This document shows positions 8,850 to 16,826 of a stretch of 64,000 nucleotides of DNA, piece after piece (the stretch's first letter is position 1; every line of letters starts with the position of its first letter). The stretch covers positions 1,519,753 through 1,583,752 of the forward strand of contig CAWJJM010000012.1 in the NCBI GenBank assembly GCA_963843275.1. Direction: 5' to 3'. This DNA comes from an uncultured Acidobacteriota bacterium. GTDB lineage: Bacteria > Acidobacteriota > Thermoanaerobaculia > Multivoradales > JBCCEF01. A model generated the notes under the pieces. That model searched no databases, was not told the origin of the DNA, and was given only the letters and a program-made list of their open reading frames with translations. Position numbers and translations under genes: made by a program.

Positions 8850-10046
8850 ATGAGCGGAGCGGACCCTCTCGAGGTGGTCGTGGTCGGCGGCGGCATCGCC
8901 GGCCTGTCGCTGGCGCTGGCACTGCGGCGGCGCGGGCACCGGCCGACGGTCGTCGAGCGGGCGCCGGGCCTGCGCGACGCGGGCTACATGATGGACTTCT
9001 TCGGGCCGGGCTTCACCGCCGCCGAGCGCCTCGAGCTGCTCCCGGAGCTGGCCCGCATCCACTTCCCGATCGACCGGCTCGCCTTCGTCGACCGCGACGC
9101 CGAACGCTTCGCGCTCCCCTACCCGCTGCTGCGCCGGCGCTGGTTCGCCGACCGCCACTTCAACTTCCTCCGCGGCGACCTCGAGCGGGTGCTCTACGAG
9201 CGGATCCGCGACGAGGTGGAGGTCCGGTTCGGCTCCACCGTCGTCGCGTGGGAGGACGGCGGCGACCGTCTCGCCGTCACGCTCGACGACGGCACCGCCC
9301 TCGAGGCCGACGCGCTGGTCGGCGCCGACGGCGTCCACTCGGCCCTCCGCGAGCGGCTCTTCGCCACCGACGGACCGGGCGCCCTGCGCCGGCTCGGACT
9401 CCGCATGGCCGCCTGGGTGCTCGCCGACCCCGAGCTCGGCGAGCGGATCGGCGCCTCCTTCCAGACCCTCACCGTCCCCGGGCGCCAGGTGTCGGTCTAC
9501 CCCATCCGCGGCGGCCGACTCGCCACCTTCTTCCTGGCCGAGGACGGCCGCGGACCGGCGCCGGGCAGCGCCCCGCCGGCGGCGGTGCTCGCCGCGACCT
9601 ACGGCGACCTCGGCTGGGTCGTGCCGCGTCTGCTCGCCGGCCTGCCCACCGACGGAAGCCTCCTGCACGACGAGGTCGAGCAGGTGGAGCTGCCGCGCTG
9701 GACGCGGGGGCGGGTGGGGTTGCTCGGCGACGCCGCGGGCTGCGTCTCGCCGCTCGCCGGCGAGGGCGCCTCGCTCGCCATGGCCGCCGGCTGGGTGCTC
9801 GCCGAGGAGCTCGACCGCTCGCCGGGAGACGTCGCGGCGGCGCTCGAGCGCTACGCCGACCGCGTGCGGCCGAGGGTGGTGCGGGAGCAGGCCTCCGGCC
9901 GGCGGATCGCGCGCTGGTTCGTGCCCCCGGACCGGCTGCGTCTGACCCTCCGCGATCTGGTCTTGCGCGCCTCGCTCCTGCCGCCGGTGGCGGCGCTCGT
10001 GCGCCGCGGCTTCGCGGCGTCCGCGGGCCTCCTCGACGGCGGCTGA
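8850..10046 (+). CDS. FAD-dependent monooxygenase (UbiH/PHBH-fold)
   Basis: Track ORF. Rossmann motif 'VVVVGGGIAGLSLALAL', 'ADALVGADGVHSALR', and the second FAD motif 'GLLGDAAGCVSPLAGEGASLAM'. Confidence 0.85.
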   Translation: MSGADPLEVVVVGGGIAGLSLALALRRRGHRPTVVERAPGLRDAGYMMDFFGPGFTAAERLELLPELARIHFPIDRLAFVDRDAERFALPYPLLRRRWFADRHFNFLRGDLERVLYERIRDEVEVRFGSTVVAWEDGGDRLAVTLDDGTALEADALVGADGVHSALRERLFATDGPGALRRLGLRMAAWVLADPELGERIGASFQTLTVPGRQVSVYPIRGGRLATFFLAEDGRGPAPGSAPPAAVLAATYGDLGWVVPRLLAGLPTDGSLLHDEVEQVELPRWTRGRVGLLGDAAGCVSPLAGEGASLAMAAGWVLAEELDRSPGDVAAALERYADRVRPRVVREQASGRRIARWFVPPDRLRLTLRDLVLRASLLPPVAALVRRGFAASAGLLDGG

Positions 10047-10090
10047 CACCGGCCGGCCGTAGGGCTCGAAAAGGTCCGCCGAGGACGCTC

Positions 10091-10119
10091 TTGACCCCCC
10101 GTCGGGTCTGCCCTAGACT
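10091..10119 (+). promoter_or_regulatory. Sigma70-type promoter candidate TTGACC-N17-TAGACT
   Basis: Hexamers read directly at 10091-10096 and 10114-10119, with a 17-nt spacer. It lies 45 nt after the stop of the preceding gene and ~230 nt before ATG 10349. Confidence 0.45.
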
Positions 10120-10127
10120 GCCGCCGA

Positions 10128-10210
10128 TCAACCGATCCAGAGCAAACCCGTCGCGAGGCGGGGGCGCAAAGCCGCGGGTCTCGCGAGAGACTGCCGGGCC
10201 GCTCGGGGCG
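10128..10210 (+). promoter_or_regulatory. Candidate GEMM-I (c-di-GMP-I / cGAMP-type) riboswitch aptamer
   Basis: 'AGAGCAAACC' (10139-10148). Hairpin CCCGUC-GCGA-GGCGGG (10147-10162). 'GGCGCAAAGCC' (10163-10173). Second GCGA-capped hairpin (10172-10197). Closing helix CCGA/UCGG (10132-10135 with 10203-10206). The order and spacing match the GEMM-I consensus as I remember it. No covariance-model run was possible. Confidence 0.55.
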
Positions 10211-10227
10211 ACTCGATTCGTGTGGTA

Positions 10228-10252
10228 CCGGTGCGATCGGCGCGCCGGATTT
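10228..10252 (+). terminator. Terminator-like hairpin in the leader (possible riboswitch expression platform)
   Basis: CCGGUGCG-AUCGG-CGCGCCGG forms an 8-bp stem with one G-U pair, followed by AUUU. The U-tract is short, as is common in GC-rich genomes. Confidence 0.4.
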
Positions 10253-10348
10253 GGAGTCCATCGCGGAAGGGCCTGGGAGCCACCGAGCGGCGCGGAGCGC
10301 GTGCGAAGTGTCTTCCGATCGGCCCCCGCAGAAAGGAAGACGCGGAAC

Positions 10349-10840
10349 ATGATGCAGTCCCTCTCGTTGAGGCGCTTGTCCCTGGGCACCGTCGCCCTCG
10401 CCGCCGTCGCGGCGCTCGGCGGGGTGGCCTCGGCCGAGGAGCCGGCCGCCACCGCGGCCCCCCCGGCACACCTGATCACGGTTCCCCACGCCACCCTGCT
10501 CAGCGGCCCGGCGACGCTCGCCGGGGGTGACAGCGGGGTCGGCGAGGGGATGCGGGCCGCGATCGATCCGGTGACCGGCGAGCTCCGGCCGCCGTCCGCC
10601 GCCCAGCTCCGGCTTCTCGACGCGCAGTCGGCCACCCTCGGCCTCCGCACCGCCGCCGCCCCCGTGCAGGTCGAGCGGCCCGACGGCACCGTGATGATGG
10701 CCCTCTCCGCCGAGCTGATGAACTACTCGATCGCCGAGATCGGGCTCGATGGAACGGTCTCGTTCCGCTGCGTCGACGGCCCCACCCAGGCCGACATCGA
10801 CGTCTACACGCCGGGCGCCGGCACCCGCGAGGTGAAGTAG
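10349..10840 (+). CDS. Small secreted protein of unknown function
   Basis: ATG-ATG at 10349, in the tail of the 1843-aa shadow ORF 5309..10840. SD-like 'GAAAGGAAG' upstream. Signal peptide 'LSLGTVALAAVAALGGVASAEE'. The stop is 2 nt before the next start. Confidence 0.75.
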   Translation: MMQSLSLRRLSLGTVALAAVAALGGVASAEEPAATAAPPAHLITVPHATLLSGPATLAGGDSGVGEGMRAAIDPVTGELRPPSAAQLRLLDAQSATLGLRTAAAPVQVERPDGTVMMALSAELMNYSIAEIGLDGTVSFRCVDGPTQADIDVYTPGAGTREVK

Positions 10841-10842
10841 CG

Positions 10843-12240
10843 ATGCGTCGCATCCTCAAGCCGCGCGCGGTCGCGCTGTTCGCTGCCCTCGTCCTCGTCG
10901 TCGCCGTCGCGACGACGGCTTCCGCCGCCACGCTGTACCTGATCAACTTCGACCCGCCCGGTGCCGGCCTCAACGACCCGACGCCGGCGGCCCCCGTGGG
11001 CGGCAACCCGGGCACCACCCTGGGCGACCAGCGCATCAACGTCTACCTCTATGCCGCAAACCTCTGGGGGAGCGTCATCGACAGCTCGGAGCCCATCTAC
11101 GTCGGCGCCAGCTTCGCGCCCCTCTCGTGCACGCCCACCTCGGGCACCCTGGGCTCGGCCGGGACGACCTTCATCTTCCGTGACTTCCCGGGCGCGCCGC
11201 TGGCCGGCACCTGGTACCACTCGGCGCTCACCGACGCTCTCTACGGGGGCGATGGCGCCCCCGGCTACGTCGACATCAACTCCCGGTTCAACTCGAGCAT
11301 CGGAACGGATCCCGGCTGCCTGACGGGGCGCAACTGGTACTACGGCCTCGACGGGAACGAGGGCAACGACTTCGACTTCCTCGCCGTCGTCACCCACGAG
11401 ATCGCCCACGGCCTCGGCTTCTCGAACTTCGTCAACGAGGCCACCGGGGCGATGCAGAGCGGCTTCACGGACGTCTACAACCACTTCACCTACGACACCA
11501 CCACGGGGATGACCTGGGAGGACATGGCGACCGACGCGGACCGTGCCGCGGCCGCCGTCAACGACCGCAACGAGGTGTGGATCGGACCCGAGGTCGCCGC
11601 CGAGGCGCCGTCGGTGCTCGGACCGCGCCCGTCGCTGGTGGTGCTCAACCCCTTCGACGTCGCCGGCAGCTACGAGGTGCAGACGGCGACCTTCGGGGCG
11701 CCGCTGGGCACCGGCGGCGGGGTGAGCGGCCTGATGGTGGTGGCCAACGACGGGACCGGCGACACCGCCGACGCCTGCGAACCGCTGATCACGCCCACGC
11801 CGGGCAAGATCGTGCTGGTGAACCGCGGCGCCTGCACCTTCGTCCAGAAGGCCGCCAACGCGCAGGCGGCCGGCGCCAAGGGGATCGTGGTGGCCAACAA
11901 CACGGCGGTGGGCCTCCCCGGCATGGGCGGTACCGACCCGTCGATCACCATCCCCGCGATCGGCATCACCCAGGCGCTCGGCGCCGCGCTGAAGGCGGCG
12001 TGGAAGCCGAACCTCAAGCTGGTGCTCGACAGCAACGTGCTGGCGGGGACGCAGGACGGCTGGCTGCGGATCTACGCGCCGAACCCGGTGGCCTCCGGCT
12101 CGTCCGGCTCGCACTGGGACGTGACGGCGACCCCGAACCTGCTGATGGAGCCCTTCATCAATCCCGACCTGGCGCCCACGGTGACGCTCGACCTCACCCC
12201 GGCCCTGCTCCAGGACATCGGCTGGACGCTGCTGCCCTAG
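10843..12240 (+). CDS. Secreted zinc metalloprotease, leishmanolysin(M8)-like motif, with inserted PA (protease-associated) domain
   Basis: Signal peptide 'ALFAALVLVVAVATTASA'. Zinc site 'VVTHEIAHGLGFSNF', the HExxHxLGFS pattern of leishmanolysin-type enzymes. PA-domain stretch 'GKIVLVNRGACTFVQKAANAQAAGAKGIVVANN'. Confidence 0.85.
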   Translation: MRRILKPRAVALFAALVLVVAVATTASAATLYLINFDPPGAGLNDPTPAAPVGGNPGTTLGDQRINVYLYAANLWGSVIDSSEPIYVGASFAPLSCTPTSGTLGSAGTTFIFRDFPGAPLAGTWYHSALTDALYGGDGAPGYVDINSRFNSSIGTDPGCLTGRNWYYGLDGNEGNDFDFLAVVTHEIAHGLGFSNFVNEATGAMQSGFTDVYNHFTYDTTTGMTWEDMATDADRAAAAVNDRNEVWIGPEVAAEAPSVLGPRPSLVVLNPFDVAGSYEVQTATFGAPLGTGGGVSGLMVVANDGTGDTADACEPLITPTPGKIVLVNRGACTFVQKAANAQAAGAKGIVVANNTAVGLPGMGGTDPSITIPAIGITQALGAALKAAWKPNLKLVLDSNVLAGTQDGWLRIYAPNPVASGSSGSHWDVTATPNLLMEPFINPDLAPTVTLDLTPALLQDIGWTLLP

Positions 12241-12252
12241 CAGCGCGCTCGA

Positions 12253-12283
12253 CCCCGGGCGGGGCGACCCGCCCGGGGCTTTC
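12253..12283. terminator. Intrinsic terminator hairpin between convergent genes
   Basis: Perfect 11-bp stem CCCCGGGCGGG / CCCGCCCGGGG with a GCGA loop (12253-12278), followed by CTTTCCTCTCTC. It sits between stop 12240 (+) and stop 12323 (-). Confidence 0.55.
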
Positions 12284-12322
12284 CTCTCTCCGATCCGAGA
12301 ACGCGGAGAGCCCGCGACGGGC

Positions 12323-13717
12323 TCAGGACACGGCGTCGCCGGCGGCCACGCCGGCGGGACGGGCGCCCACCTCGAGCTGCCAGCGCAGGTGCCGCACCGC
12401 CTCGGCGGTCATCGTCTCCGCCAGGACCGCCTTCTGGAAGACCAGCAGCGCCGCCAGCGCGTGCTGCGGCACGTCCTGGGCCGCGAAGACGAACTCCATC
12501 AGCCGCGCCATGCGCTTCGCCTCGATGGTCCTCCCCTGCTCGAGGTAGAGCGCGGTGAGGTCGAGCGACAGGATGGCCGCCGACAGGTTGCGCCGCTGCT
12601 CGAGGAAGCCGTTGCGCGAGCGCAGCAGCAGCTCCTCCGCCTCCCCCAGCCGCGAGCAGCCCCAGGCGATGCGGCCGTCGAGCTGGTGCTTGAGCGGCAG
12701 CGCCGCGCCGTCGCGCAGGCGTTCGCGGTAGAGCGGCTCGTGGCGGCGGACCAGCTCGTCGGCCTCCGCGAAGCGCTCCAGGTCGCACAGCGCCAGGGCG
12801 AGGTTGGAAGTGGCCTGCAGGTAGAGGTCGGGGTGCTCGGTCGCCGCCACCGTGCGCAGCACTTCGCGCTGGGTCGCCGCGGCCTCCTCGAGCTCGCCGC
12901 TGCGGCGCTCGACGATGCCCCGCTTCACCAGCACCTGTGCGAGCTCCTCGGCGGCGCCCTCGCTCCGGTAGAGCAGCGCCGCCTGGTCGAGCAGCCGCAG
13001 CGCCTCGCCGAGCCGCCCCTGGTCGGCGTTGAGCGACGCCTCGAGACGCGACACCTCGGCGTGCACCAGCGGCTCGTCGAGGACCTCGCGCGCCAGCCGG
13101 GCGCGCAGCGAGTTGAAGGCCTGCTCGGCCGCCCGGAGGTCGCCGGCGACCCGCAGGGCGTTGCCCCGCCAGGCCTCGGCGCGCACCCGCAGCACGCGGC
13201 CCCACGAGCGGTCCAGCGCCCCCGGCGTCCACAGCACCACCACCGGCACCAGCTCGGCGAGGTTGATCGCCTCGACGGCGTTCTGGTGCACCTCGCGCCG
13301 GCAGCGCTCGAGCAGCAGCTCGGCGAACGCGCGGGAGCGGAAGCGGGAGCGGGCGCGGACCACCCGCTCCTCGCGCTGCTCCGCCGGCAGTGCGAGGAGC
13401 ACGGCGAGGTCCTTGCGCGCGCGCCGGCGCTCCTCGCGCACCCGCTGCACCCACCCCGCCGCGCCGTTCTCCGCCGGCCGCAGCGAGGTCACGGAGCGGG
13501 GGTCGGGGAGGGCGTTCTCCGCCGGAGCGTCCGCCGTCGTCGCGTCGGCCTCCGCCTCGAGGAGGTCGCCGTGGCCGTCGCCCCGCAGCAGGGCGAGCGT
13601 CTCGCCGCACTCGGGGCACACCTCACCCAGGTGCGCGAGGATCGCCCGCAGCAACGTCTTCGGCGGTAGATGACCCTCGACCACGAGGCTGAGGAGCTCC
13701 AGATCGATGTGGCGCAT
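12323..13717 (-). CDS. TPR-like repeat protein with N-terminal Cys/His motif
   Basis: ATG at 13717 ('MRHIDLELLSLV') inside track ORF 12323..13795. N-terminal 'HLGEVCPECGE'. The remainder is helical-repeat (TPR-like) sequence. Confidence 0.8.
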   Translation of the reverse strand: MRHIDLELLSLVVEGHLPPKTLLRAILAHLGEVCPECGETLALLRGDGHGDLLEAEADATTADAPAENALPDPRSVTSLRPAENGAAGWVQRVREERRRARKDLAVLLALPAEQREERVVRARSRFRSRAFAELLLERCRREVHQNAVEAINLAELVPVVVLWTPGALDRSWGRVLRVRAEAWRGNALRVAGDLRAAEQAFNSLRARLAREVLDEPLVHAEVSRLEASLNADQGRLGEALRLLDQAALLYRSEGAAEELAQVLVKRGIVERRSGELEEAAATQREVLRTVAATEHPDLYLQATSNLALALCDLERFAEADELVRRHEPLYRERLRDGAALPLKHQLDGRIAWGCSRLGEAEELLLRSRNGFLEQRRNLSAAILSLDLTALYLEQGRTIEAKRMARLMEFVFAAQDVPQHALAALLVFQKAVLAETMTAEAVRHLRWQLEVGARPAGVAAGDAVS

Positions 13718-13757
13718 GCGGCTGTCTCCCGGTCGTGTGAATGCTTCCTGTCTTAGT

Positions 13758-13786
13758 AGTATCGCTGACGGCCGTTTCGTAGACAA
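13758..13786 (-). promoter_or_regulatory. Sigma70-type promoter candidate TTGTCT-N17-GATACT (minus strand)
   Basis: Read on the minus strand in the only AT-richer patch upstream of ATG 13717. The -10 is at 13763..13758 and the -35 at 13786..13781. Confidence 0.35.
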
Positions 13787-14028
13787 GAAACCCACAATTC
13801 CTCGAAATCACCCCTCCCCGCCCCCCCCCGGCAGCGCCACCCCGCCCCCCGGCGGGCCGCGGCGCGCCCCGAGAGGCGGCGCGCCGCGCCCGGTGCGCCG
13901 CCCAGCCAGGCGGCGGAGACGGGGGGAGTGGCGGGAGCGCGAGGGAGGGAGGCTGAGGCGACCTCGAGGACGCCGCAGGCCTTCCGGGAGAGCGGCGACG
14001 CCGCAGATCGATCTGCCTCACCCGTCGC

Positions 14029-14349
14029 CTAGCCGTCGGGATCCCAGTCCGGCGCCGTATCCCCCTCGTCCGGTGCCGCCGTCGAGAGCAGCGACGACGT
14101 GCCGTCGCCGGGTGCCAGCGCCGCCGGCGAGTCGGTGGTCTGGCCCTGCGTCGGCTGCGAAGCGGCGGCACCCACCGCGTGCGGAGCGAGCGTGAACAGG
14201 CTCAGCGCCTGCTGCGCCCATCGGCTGACCATCCCCCAGGCGTCGAAACCCGGCGCGTCCGCCGCGCCTGCCGCCCAGGCCGACGGAGCGACCAACAGGA
14301 TCGAGATCACCAGGGTGGCGGCCAGAGCTCTCGGCAGCTTCGTCCTCAT
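14029..14349 (-). CDS. Small secreted protein of unknown function
   Basis: ATG at 14349 preceded by 'GAGGAGGAGAG'. Signal peptide 'LAATLVISILLVAPSAWAAG'. The mature part is low-complexity and acidic. Confidence 0.65.
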   Translation of the reverse strand: MRTKLPRALAATLVISILLVAPSAWAAGAADAPGFDAWGMVSRWAQQALSLFTLAPHAVGAAASQPTQGQTTDSPAALAPGDGTSSLLSTAAPDEGDTAPDWDPDG

Positions 14350-14669
14350 CTCTCCTCCTCGGGGGAGCGGATCGCCCCGCCGGCCGGATGCCGGCCACCG
14401 CCCGCTCCAGGATCCCTCGCCCGGCACACTAATACATTGCGAAGAGACTTGCAGCCCAGCTATCTTGGTCGTAAAACGTCTTTCTAGGATACCACGGTCG
14501 AAAAGTTATCCGCAAGCGTGACGACCATTCGGCCTCCGACCCCTCTCCGGACCGCCGTCGCTCTCCCCGGCAGTGCGGTCCCCGTCGCCGGGACCGCTAT
14601 CCTGGAGAGGTTCCTACGCAACCCTGAGAATCCCTCACCGCGGTGCGCGCCACCGGGAAAGGAGAGCAC

Positions 14670-15608
14670 ATGCGCTCGACACGCTTCGCCATCACTCTCG
14701 TCCTCGCCTGCGGGTCGATCGCCGCCTGCGCGGTGCGCGACGAGGCGCCGCCGGCGCCGGCCGCCGAGGCTCCGCAGCCGGCCGCGGCGGCCGCCGCCCC
14801 GGTCGTCGAGGTCACGGCCCGCGACTACGCCTTCCAGGCGCCGGACGAGATCCCCTCCGGCTGGACCTCCTTCCGCTTCGCCAACACCGGCCGCGAACCG
14901 CACTTCTTCCTGCTCACCCGGCTGCCCGAGGACAAGACGCTCGCGGACTACCGCGACGAGGTGGTGGGCGTCTTCGAGGACGTCTGGGCCGGGCTGCGCG
15001 ACCGCGGCACGAGCCAGCAGGAGGCCGGCGCCCAGCTCGGCGCCCGGCTCCCGGACTGGTACCTGCACGACGCCGTCGCCATGGGCGGCGTCGGGCTCAC
15101 CTCCCCCGGCAACGTCGGCCGCACCACGATGCGGCTCGACCCGGGCCACTACGTCATGGAGTGCTACGTCAAGAACGCCGGGGGGGTCTTCCACGGGACG
15201 CTCGGGATGCTGCGCGCGCTCACCGTGACCGCGGACGACTCGGGGCACGAGGAACCGGCGGGCGACCTCGAGGTGTCGCTCTCCAACGGCGCCCTGGCGG
15301 CCGAGCGGACCACGACCGCCGGGCACCACACCGTCGCCGTGCACTACCTCGAGCAGCCCGCCGGCGGCCTCGGCAACGACGTCCACCTGGTCCGTCTCGA
15401 GCCCGACACCGACACCGCCGCGCTGGCGCGCTGGATGAACTGGATGAACGTGGGGGGGCTGCGCACGCCCGCCCCGGCCGCCTTCCTCGGCGGCGCCGAG
15501 GAGATGCCCGCCGGGCACACCGCCTACTTCGAGGTCGACCTCGAGCCGGGCCGCTACGCCTGGATCATGGAGCCGGGGGGACGGATGAGCGAGCTCACCG
15601 TGGAGTGA
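14670..15608 (+). CDS. Lipoprotein of unknown function
   Basis: ATG at 14670 ('MRSTRFAITLVLACGS', lipobox L-A-C), with SD 'GGAGAG' upstream. The mature protein is two beta-rich halves. I do not recognise a family. Confidence 0.8.
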   Translation: MRSTRFAITLVLACGSIAACAVRDEAPPAPAAEAPQPAAAAAAPVVEVTARDYAFQAPDEIPSGWTSFRFANTGREPHFFLLTRLPEDKTLADYRDEVVGVFEDVWAGLRDRGTSQQEAGAQLGARLPDWYLHDAVAMGGVGLTSPGNVGRTTMRLDPGHYVMECYVKNAGGVFHGTLGMLRALTVTADDSGHEEPAGDLEVSLSNGALAAERTTTAGHHTVAVHYLEQPAGGLGNDVHLVRLEPDTDTAALARWMNWMNVGGLRTPAPAAFLGGAEEMPAGHTAYFEVDLEPGRYAWIMEPGGRMSELTVE

Positions 15609-15641
15609 CGCGCGCCGCCGGCGGGGGCGCGGGCGGCGGGG

Positions 15642-16574
15642 CTACAGGAGCGCCCGCAGCTCGCGGATCCTCGCCGCCGTCGCGCGACGGCGGAAGGCCG
15701 AGGGGGTGACGGCGAAGGTCTGGCGGAACGTCGCGGTGAAGTGGCTGTGGCTCGAGAACCCGAGGTCGAGCGCCACGCCGGTGACGTCGCCGTCCCCCGC
15801 CGCCAGCAGCTCCAACGAGCGCGACAACCGGAGCTGGGTCCGGTAGCGGTGGATCGGCCGCCCCGTCTCGCGGCGGAACACGCGGCACAGGTGGAACGCC
15901 GAGTAGCCGACCGCCCTGGCCAGCTCGGCGAGCGACAGCCGGTCGGCCAGCCGGCGGTCGAGCAGGGCGCGCAGCTCCGCGACCGCGGCGGCCGCCGCCC
16001 CTCCCCCGGCGCCTCGCCGCCGGCCTCCACCGATCCTGCGGCCGTACGGGACCAGGGCCCGCCGCAGGACCTCGACCAACGTCTCCTCCACCAGCAGGTC
16101 GTCGACCGGACCGACCCGGAGGTGGTGGACGACGGCCCGTTGCAGGAGGTAGGCGCGCGGGTCGGTGGGCACGTACGGCAGCCGGAAGGGCCGGTCGGCC
16201 CGTTCCTCGACCCCGGGGTCGAGGTCGCCGAGCAGCTCGGCGAGCAATGTCGGGGCCACCCGGTACCAGTCCCCGCGGTCGCCGTCGTCGCTCACCGCGA
16301 AGCGGCGGAACGGCTGGCGCTGGTTGTAGAGCACGGTGGTGCACGGATCGGCGACGAAGGGCCGCCTGCCGTCGTGCTGGATCGCCACGGCCGTGCGCGG
16401 GAAGACGACCGTGGGCAGGTGGCTGATCTGACCCGCCCGCCGGAAGTCCGCGTCGGCGGGCCGGGCCCGGAACTCGCCGACCGTGAAGAGGGCGCCGCTC
16501 CACAGCGCGCGGTCCACCGCGCGCGGTCCGCCGCCGGCGGGCCGGGGCGGGGGGGCGGAGGCGGACGTCGGCAT
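15642..16574 (-). CDS. AraC-family transcriptional regulator
   Basis: C-terminal double HTH: 'LSLAELARAVGYSAFHLCRVFRRETGRPIHRYRTQLRL' and 'VTGVALDLGFSSHSHFTATFRQTF'. Confidence 0.85.
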   Translation of the reverse strand: MPTSASAPPPRPAGGGPRAVDRALWSGALFTVGEFRARPADADFRRAGQISHLPTVVFPRTAVAIQHDGRRPFVADPCTTVLYNQRQPFRRFAVSDDGDRGDWYRVAPTLLAELLGDLDPGVEERADRPFRLPYVPTDPRAYLLQRAVVHHLRVGPVDDLLVEETLVEVLRRALVPYGRRIGGGRRRGAGGGAAAAAVAELRALLDRRLADRLSLAELARAVGYSAFHLCRVFRRETGRPIHRYRTQLRLSRSLELLAAGDGDVTGVALDLGFSSHSHFTATFRQTFAVTPSAFRRRATAARIRELRALL

Positions 16575-16826
16575 GGCGGTCGGACCAGGGTTCGGTCACA
16601 GCCTAGCGCCTGCGGCGCCGGCCACGGGTCGCCGTGACCGCTTCGTGACAAAGCCGCAAGATCTCGATAGCGCGCCGGGCGGTGCGCTCGCTAGCGTGTG
16701 GCGAAATTCGAACGCGCCGGCAAGGCCCGAGCACCTTGCGGGGAACTGCGAAAGCGGAACGGGCGTTCTGCGCCGCCGACGGACTCCGCGGCGCGGGCTG
16801 CCCGGCCGCGACCGAAAGGAGCCCAG

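Noticed and set aside
5309-10840. Giant 1843-aa track ORF. Similar giants are 65..2404, 16682..18847, 19487..22873, 40048..44565, 58491..61334, 53113..55335 and 44259..46625.
   Set aside because: The translations are monotonous Arg/Gly/Pro/Ala strings with no motifs. They run off-frame or antisense across several well-supported genes. These are stop-poor shadow frames, as expected in very GC-rich DNA. Only the last 163 codons of 5309..10840 are a real gene.
16756-16780. GGAAC-N16-CGAC upstream of the beta-helix/IPTL-CTERM gene as an ECF promoter.
   Set aside because: The spacing fits, but the -10 is CGAC rather than CGTC/CGTA, and a second GGAAC lies 10 nt upstream. This is too weak to call without a known regulon motif.
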